In this document: one piece after another, positions 58,001 through 64,000 of the stretch | Position numbering within the stretch: position 1 is the stretch's first letter | Layout: every line of letters starts with the position of its first letter | Origin: Eledone cirrhosa | Lineage: Eukaryota | Reading direction: 5' to 3' | Assembly: GCA_964016885.1 (NCBI GenBank) | Contig: OZ024741.1 | Location: 121,582,001 to 121,646,000 of the forward strand | Length of the DNA stretch: 64,000 nt | The notes under the pieces: model-generated | What the model was told of the DNA's origin: nothing | What the model saw: the letters and a program-made list of their open reading frames with translations, nothing else | Database searches by the model: none | Made by a program: the position numbers and the translations under genes

Positions 58001-58481
58001 TCTACCTGTTCGAGACAAGCTCTACAGACATGGGCGCCCGGGCAGGGATCCTGCAAAAAAGATCTGTCCGAGGTGCGTGCGAGACGAAGAAACCGTCGCG
58101 CACGCATTCATACACTGCCCGGGCGTCACTGACCTGTGGGGATATGTAGAACGACTATTGTCTCGGGTGGGACCAATCCAGTTGACCACCGAGTCCATTG
58201 TCATGATCAAACCGCCACCCTCCTTCAAAAACGAAGGAGAGGCGGTTTTCCTTTGTGTGATAGCTATGGCGAAAGAGGTTGTATGGTGGACAAGGTTGAA
58301 AGGGCTGTGGTCAGACACCTTTCTCTCCGGCCAACAACCGAATCTTTTTTTCAAATACCACTTTGGAAGAAGAATCAGGATGGAGAGAGAGGTACTGTAC
58401 CCCAGCAAGTTTTATGAAAGGTGTGTGAAAGTGGCGAGAATGGCCCGAGTGAATGGGGCTTCTCTCTATATCAGCCTGTAG
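55060..58481 (+). pseudogene. Tx1-like ORF2 (APE endonuclease, reverse transcriptase, C-terminal zinc finger)
   Basis: NVRGL, GDWN, SYLDR, YSDH; frameshift in the G run ~56278-56293; TAG at 56982 (in RQGCPLS) and 57732; YADD ~57099. Confidence 0.93.
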
Positions 58482-58719
58482 GTTGAGGAAAAGGAGGAGG
58501 AGAGGAAAGGAGTACAAACTCTTCGTACTCCTGGAGATGAGGGTTGCACATTTTTTTTCGGGGGTATGTGTTACCCATATAAACTGTCTCCCTCTATTGG
58601 GGAAAATCGACTAACTTTTTAAATTCCATTTGTGATAACATTTTACACGTTTTTATTGTATGTAAACTTCTCCCTTTGTATTTGTCCCCTTCTTTTGTGC
58701 CCCTGTGGCTAATAAAGAA

Positions 58720-58783
<64 letters not shown>

Positions 58784-58785
58784 CT

Positions 58786-58838
58786 TTCCCCCTTTGTATT
58801 TGTCCCCTTCTTTTGTGCCCCTGTGGCTAATAAAGAAA
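58786..58838 (+). mobile_element. 53-bp extreme 3' fragment of subfamily B
   Basis: Repeats 58668-58720, flanked by (ATCT)n. Confidence 0.88.
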
Positions 58839-59385
58839 TATATCTATCTATCTCTTTATCTATCTGTTTAAACATACATAGGTACACAGAAACATACACA
58901 AACATATATATGTAAGATTATATATATGTATATATATAACTTTGATAGGTTTCGGCCAGTCAAACTTGACTATCTTCCTGCTATTTCAAGCGTTAAACTA
59001 ATATATTTCTTTCATATACTGTGGCGTTTGATTTGTTATTTTCGCTATTTCTGTTTACCTTTTACATACAAACTTAATAAATCCCGGGCCATGTCTAATT
59101 TAATAAAGTACAGCCATCATTCGTTATGGCGTATGGAGCATGACATGGTAGTATTTACCATGATTTCGCAAAGGGTTTTAGGTACTCGACAGCAGGAGCC
59201 AAGGATGTCTGTGTCAGCTCTGGGCTGTACTTTCTCTATCAACTCCGAAATGATGAGAGCCAAATTGGAACTCCCCGGGATTTGAACTCAGAACACAACG
59301 ATGCGGAACAAACACCCAACATTCTAACGACTCTGCTAATATATCTACTCGTATATTTGCGCGCGTGTGTGTGTGTGTATATGCA

Positions 59386-59443
<58 letters not shown>

Positions 59444-60484
59444 TGTGTATATATATACATATATATATATATATACATATATATATATGTGTGTGTGTGT
59501 GTGTTGGCGTGTGTGTGTTTGTGTGTGCGTGTGAATGTGTGGGTGTATGTGTGTGCGTGTGCGTGTGTGTGTTTACGTATAAAGTAGTTGGCAGCTCAGA
59601 TATAATACAACTAGCCGCAAGAAATGAAAAACAAAACAAAAAAAGGAAGAAGGAATAAATTACATCAGGTAACTAAAAATAGAAATCGTGAGCAATTATA
59701 TATATATTCGTTTCGCTAAAACTACGCTGTAATATTAACGATACATGTTAAACAGTGACACACATAGACAATTCCACAAATCATATATACAGTCCAGTAC
59801 TAATCTTAAGGTTACTTTTGCTATGTATGAACTAGGCGGAGGTATTGAAAGAATGATAATGAAACATTGCAGAGAAAAGGATCTTTTTATAGACTAACAC
59901 GTAGCATCGCACGCAACGGTGACAAAACAATGAAAACAAAACAACAAAAAACAAACAAAAAAAAACAAACAAAAAAATAAAAAAAAAAACACACAAACGA
60001 TAGTTGGACATATTTTCCTTTCATTACTGAACCAAAAACTATTTATGTGGATAACATATTTGTATACGAATAGTATGTAGACACAGGATGGGTGAATGTT
60101 TAAGAAGTTAACTTCGCAATCATTAGGTCCAGGGTTCGATCCCACTGCGTGGCATCACGGGCAAATGCCATTTATCATAGCCTAGGGTCATTTACCAGAC
60201 CTAGGGTCAACCAATGGCTTCTGAGTGAAATTGGGTAGACGGATATTGTTTGGAAGCCCGTTGAATGGGATGCACCTGTAATCGAAAGCGTCACCCTTGT
60301 CACATAGTGTCACACTGAAGCTCCCCGAGAATTACGCTATTTTCAGCAGCAGACTATCCAGTTGATCGAACAACTGGGAAAAACATTGTCGAAACTTACC
60401 GAGGTCCTTCAGTCGATCGATAAGTGTCATAGACGCAGGCATGACTGGGGTTCAGTGCACTTTTCACCAAAGTGGTTTTCTAGT

Positions 60485-60546
<62 letters not shown>

Positions 60547-60550
<4 letters not shown>

Positions 60551-60731
60551 TTAATATAGATGAGATTCTACAGGACTAGAACTGTTTCATTCTTTAGAAA
60601 TCATCGATGACTTCTAAAGAATGAAACAGTTCTAGTCCTGTAGAATCTCATCTATATTAAAACTTTTATACTCTGCAATGTATTGAGTACCCTACTTACT
60701 GTGGTTACCTCCGATTCAACCCGGAATAACG

Positions 60732-60736
<5 letters not shown>
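60547..60736 (+). mobile_element. PLE-type remnant: 118-bp palindrome folded back inside the hammerhead core, plus ~72-bp tail
   Basis: Centre TCATC|GATGA at 60605/60606, then cttctaaagaat GAAA cag..ctg TA; tail has TGAGTACCCT; (TA)n flanks. Confidence 0.75.
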
Positions 60737-60820
<84 letters not shown>

Positions 60821-61220
60821 GTGTATTTATATATATGTATATTCACTTTTTAACTATTCTAGCCACGCTCGGGCATAACGATGAACTTCTGTTGTTTGCG
60901 CTCACAAATCATTGGTCAACCCGAGATACCTGACAACGGGATTGAACTCACAACTGCATAGTTTCGAAACGAATTTCTTAATCACACTATTATAGGTGAG
61001 GTTATACATATCTTCCTCCTCAGGCGAAAGGACGAAAAATGTATTATCCCTGCACCTGACGGAAGAAGCCAGTTGTAGAACCGCTATTCCACTATAAGGT
61101 GGCAGCAATAATTAGACCCCGAAACCCAAGGTTGCGCATATATGTTAAGTGTATATATATATATATATATATTGTGTGATGTGTGTGTGTATAGTGTATG
61201 CACTTTAATATCATCTTAAT

Positions 61221-61259
<39 letters not shown>

Positions 61260-61269
61260 CATATATATA

Positions 61270-61309
<40 letters not shown>

Positions 61310-61499
61310 TGTGAGTTAGTAAAATCGAAGTTGCGGCGGTCGGCCAGCATCCTACGAAAAAAAACAAAACAATTCGGAGCTTGCACGAAGCACTCGATAA
61401 GAAGATATCGATAAATCGATAAGTTACATCTTAGAGTAATAAACATACGTTAAATAGCATGACAAATTGAAAACTGTGGTTAAGGGGACAAAGCCACCG

Positions 61500-62125
61500 C
61501 ACCTTTTACATCATGAATCACAGGCCTCACGCACCAGGACTGAACAAAGTCTGATTCACAGCATTGGGTCTTATTCCTCTCTTGGACTCAACTCACTTCC
61601 CCAATTTCTCTAATAACCCGTCCATTATCAACACCTAGATTCCTATCGCTTTCTCTTGATCATTAGCATATTGTCTTACAACTAATACATGCCGACTATA
61701 TATGCTCACTCTACCTTTCCCTTCACTGCTCTGTATACACACATACACACCCTTATATTAACATACTTTTGCTGATAGCTTAGTACTTACATGCACACAC
61801 ACTCGTTTACTCACATATACACACACATTTCTTCTTAGCTTCGTACGGGCGTATAATAACACACACAAACACTTGCCTACGCACGTGCTCAAATATAGCT
61901 CTTTTTACAAAAATATTTTTTTTCCATTTCAGGTAGACGCGCTCCATCATCCACTTTTCTAAAATATAAATCATACACAAAACGCCAGCACCAACAGTTT
62001 TGAACATGAATGGAGCTGTTATTTTTATCTAAAGATTTTTTCCAATTCCATTCCGCCCGTCCCCTCAATCTATCTTATTTCTCATCCATTCGTCTGATAG
62101 AGGACTACCGCCCGAAACGTTAACT
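61500..62125 (+). mobile_element. Decayed PLE 3' end with degenerate hammerhead (62094-62121)
   Basis: RTRTEQSLIHSIGSYSSLGLN resembles the PLE C-terminus; CTGATAGA gg..ccc GAAA cg TT. Confidence 0.5.
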
Positions 62126-62182
62126 GTATGTATGTATGTATGTATGTATGTATGTATGGTATCCAATGATGTTGACTTGTTA

Positions 62183-62484
62183 TTCTTTTTGGTAAATATC
62201 ATCTTGGTTAAGAGAGTGGGACTGGCTTTGTGCAGTGCCTTTGCTCACTATAAAAGCTTCACGGCACAGGCATTGCTTTATATCTGGAGATCTCTCTGCA
62301 CTTGTCGTCACATGGTACCATGGGCCCAGCACTGTCTCAATAATTGTCACAAGTGTAGTGTTTGTACCAGAGTTTTCAAGTCGCTGGCTGGACTAAAAAG
62401 TCACACTCGTCAGCGCATCGGTAGGCGTTCTCCTACATGGATATAAAGTAGTGGCCGTACTCGAAAACGAGTTGGCAGCCACCA
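62183..62484 (+). mobile_element. RTE-type 3' fragment with C2H2 finger, in (ATGT)n
   Basis: CSVCTRVFKSLAGLKSHTRQ; inverted match to 10032-10337. Confidence 0.75.
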
Positions 62485-62954
62485 TGTATGTATGAATGTA
62501 TGTATGAATGTATGTATGAATGTATGTATTTTGCATTCATGTATGTATGTATTTGTGTATGTATGTATCTATGTGTGCATGTATGTATGTATGTATGTAT
62601 GTATGTATGAATGTATGAATGTGTGCATTCATGTATGTGTGTATTTGTTTATGTATGTATTTATTTATTTATGTGTGCATATATGTATATAGGTATGCAT
62701 GTATGTATGTTTCTATATCCAATGAATGTTTGAGGGAAGGAGAAAGAAAGTGTGTTGGTTCGAAATATATTCCGCCCGATTGACTATACAAGCATACGAA
62801 CAATTAATCAACAAATTAACCCAAATAGAATATTATGTGAAATGAAAATCGAATGAAACGAAGAGAAACTTAGAACCGGAATCAATTCAACGTTGAGGAG
62901 GAGAATTTTCAAGCGACAAATGCTAATTTGTCATCACCTATTCATTCACTTCAT

Positions 62955-63040
<86 letters not shown>

Positions 63041-64000
63041 TATATACATACATACATATATATATATGTATATATACATATATATACATGCATATATATA
63101 TATGTGTGTGTGTGTATGTATGTGTGTGTGTATGTATGTGTGTGTGTGTGTATGTGAGGGTGTGTGTGTATGTGTGTGTATTAAGAATAACACGACGTGG
63201 TTCTACATGAATGATTTTATTGATTAAAACCAATTATCTAATTATGAACGTATTGGCTCAAGGTCGATATATGTGTTTTAGTCACAACTTCAGCATCAAT
63301 CTTTTCATCATACTTGTTTATCAAGATTTCGTCTAGGTTTTGCATGATTATTAAATCTGATGAGCAGATTGAAGCTGATGTCGGGTCTACAAAAGAAATG
63401 TGGACCTTGAACCAACTATCTGTGAAAGGTTCGTAAGTGTTTCTAATAAAAAGAAATCATTCGTGCGGAAAATCGACATGTTATTTCATAATATATATTC
63501 CCTGCTTTAGCATGAAGCGTTAATAGCAGTACCACACCCAGTAAACCACTGAACTACTGAATCACCTAATTTATATATAATAATGAGTATAACCGACGTT
63601 GCAGCTGAACTATAGCTTCGGCGCCATTTTGCTGTTATAGCATTACTGGTGCTTTATTTTATCGACCCCGTAAGGATGAAAGGCAAAGTTAACCTCGGCG
63701 GGATTTGAACTCAGACCGTAAAGGGCTGTAACTCTATGCTGCAAAGCATGGCATCCGATCCTCTACCGATACTGCCAATCCATATATAGTAATAATAAGT
63801 ATGGACGAAGTGTCACATTTTCATTTAGTTTATTCAGGTGTGACGTGCGTTTCACGATTGATCAGCTGAAGATTCGATCTCTATCGATAGAGCCCAACTC
63901 TGGAATGAAAAGCTTACCACACTTCTGTTTGTTTAATGACGGAATGTTTCGTGTACAGCTTTCTAAAATATATCTGTTCTCATAAATTTAGGATGGTCAG

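Larger units (their letters stand above)
52906..58720 (+). mobile_element. Tx1-like LINE subfamily B, full length, few disabling mutations
   Basis: 5' end similar to that of subfamily A; ORF1, ORF2 and a 3' UTR ending AATAAAGAAA-(TCTA)n. Confidence 0.95.

Noticed and set aside
63860-63920. CTGAAGA..GAAA-agct-TA motif (similar weak cases near 8270, 15000, 60950)
   Set aside because: Core present but stem I unpaired; probably decayed PLE ribozymes, too degenerate to call

Overview
AT-rich, microsatellite-dense animal DNA. The SINE families look cephalopod, probably Octopus; this is recalled similarity, not a database result. Most of the ORF track is simple-repeat noise. Supported content: (1) scattered minus-strand exons of a secreted or cell-surface protein gene (C-type lectin exon spliced in frame to an LDL-receptor class A exon, uninflatable/SVEP1-like order), plus further candidate exons at 27-32 kb. 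(2) A 14-kb head-to-tail array (44.96-58.87 kb) of two Tx1-clade (L1 superfamily) LINE subfamilies, each copy inserted in (ATCT)n. (3) Many Penelope-like element (PLE) remnants in (TA)n. They share a fold-back plus 3' tail architecture and carry more than 15 type I hammerhead ribozyme motifs, including U3:A8 and U4A core variants, versions with 58-98 nt stem II inserts, and a tandem pair defining a 428-nt retrozyme-like unit. (4) RTE and R4/Dong-type LINE fragments tied to (ATGT)n, (GAA)n and (TAA)n, tRNA-derived SINEs and minisatellites. All structures and translations were read by eye; no searches or folding programs were run.
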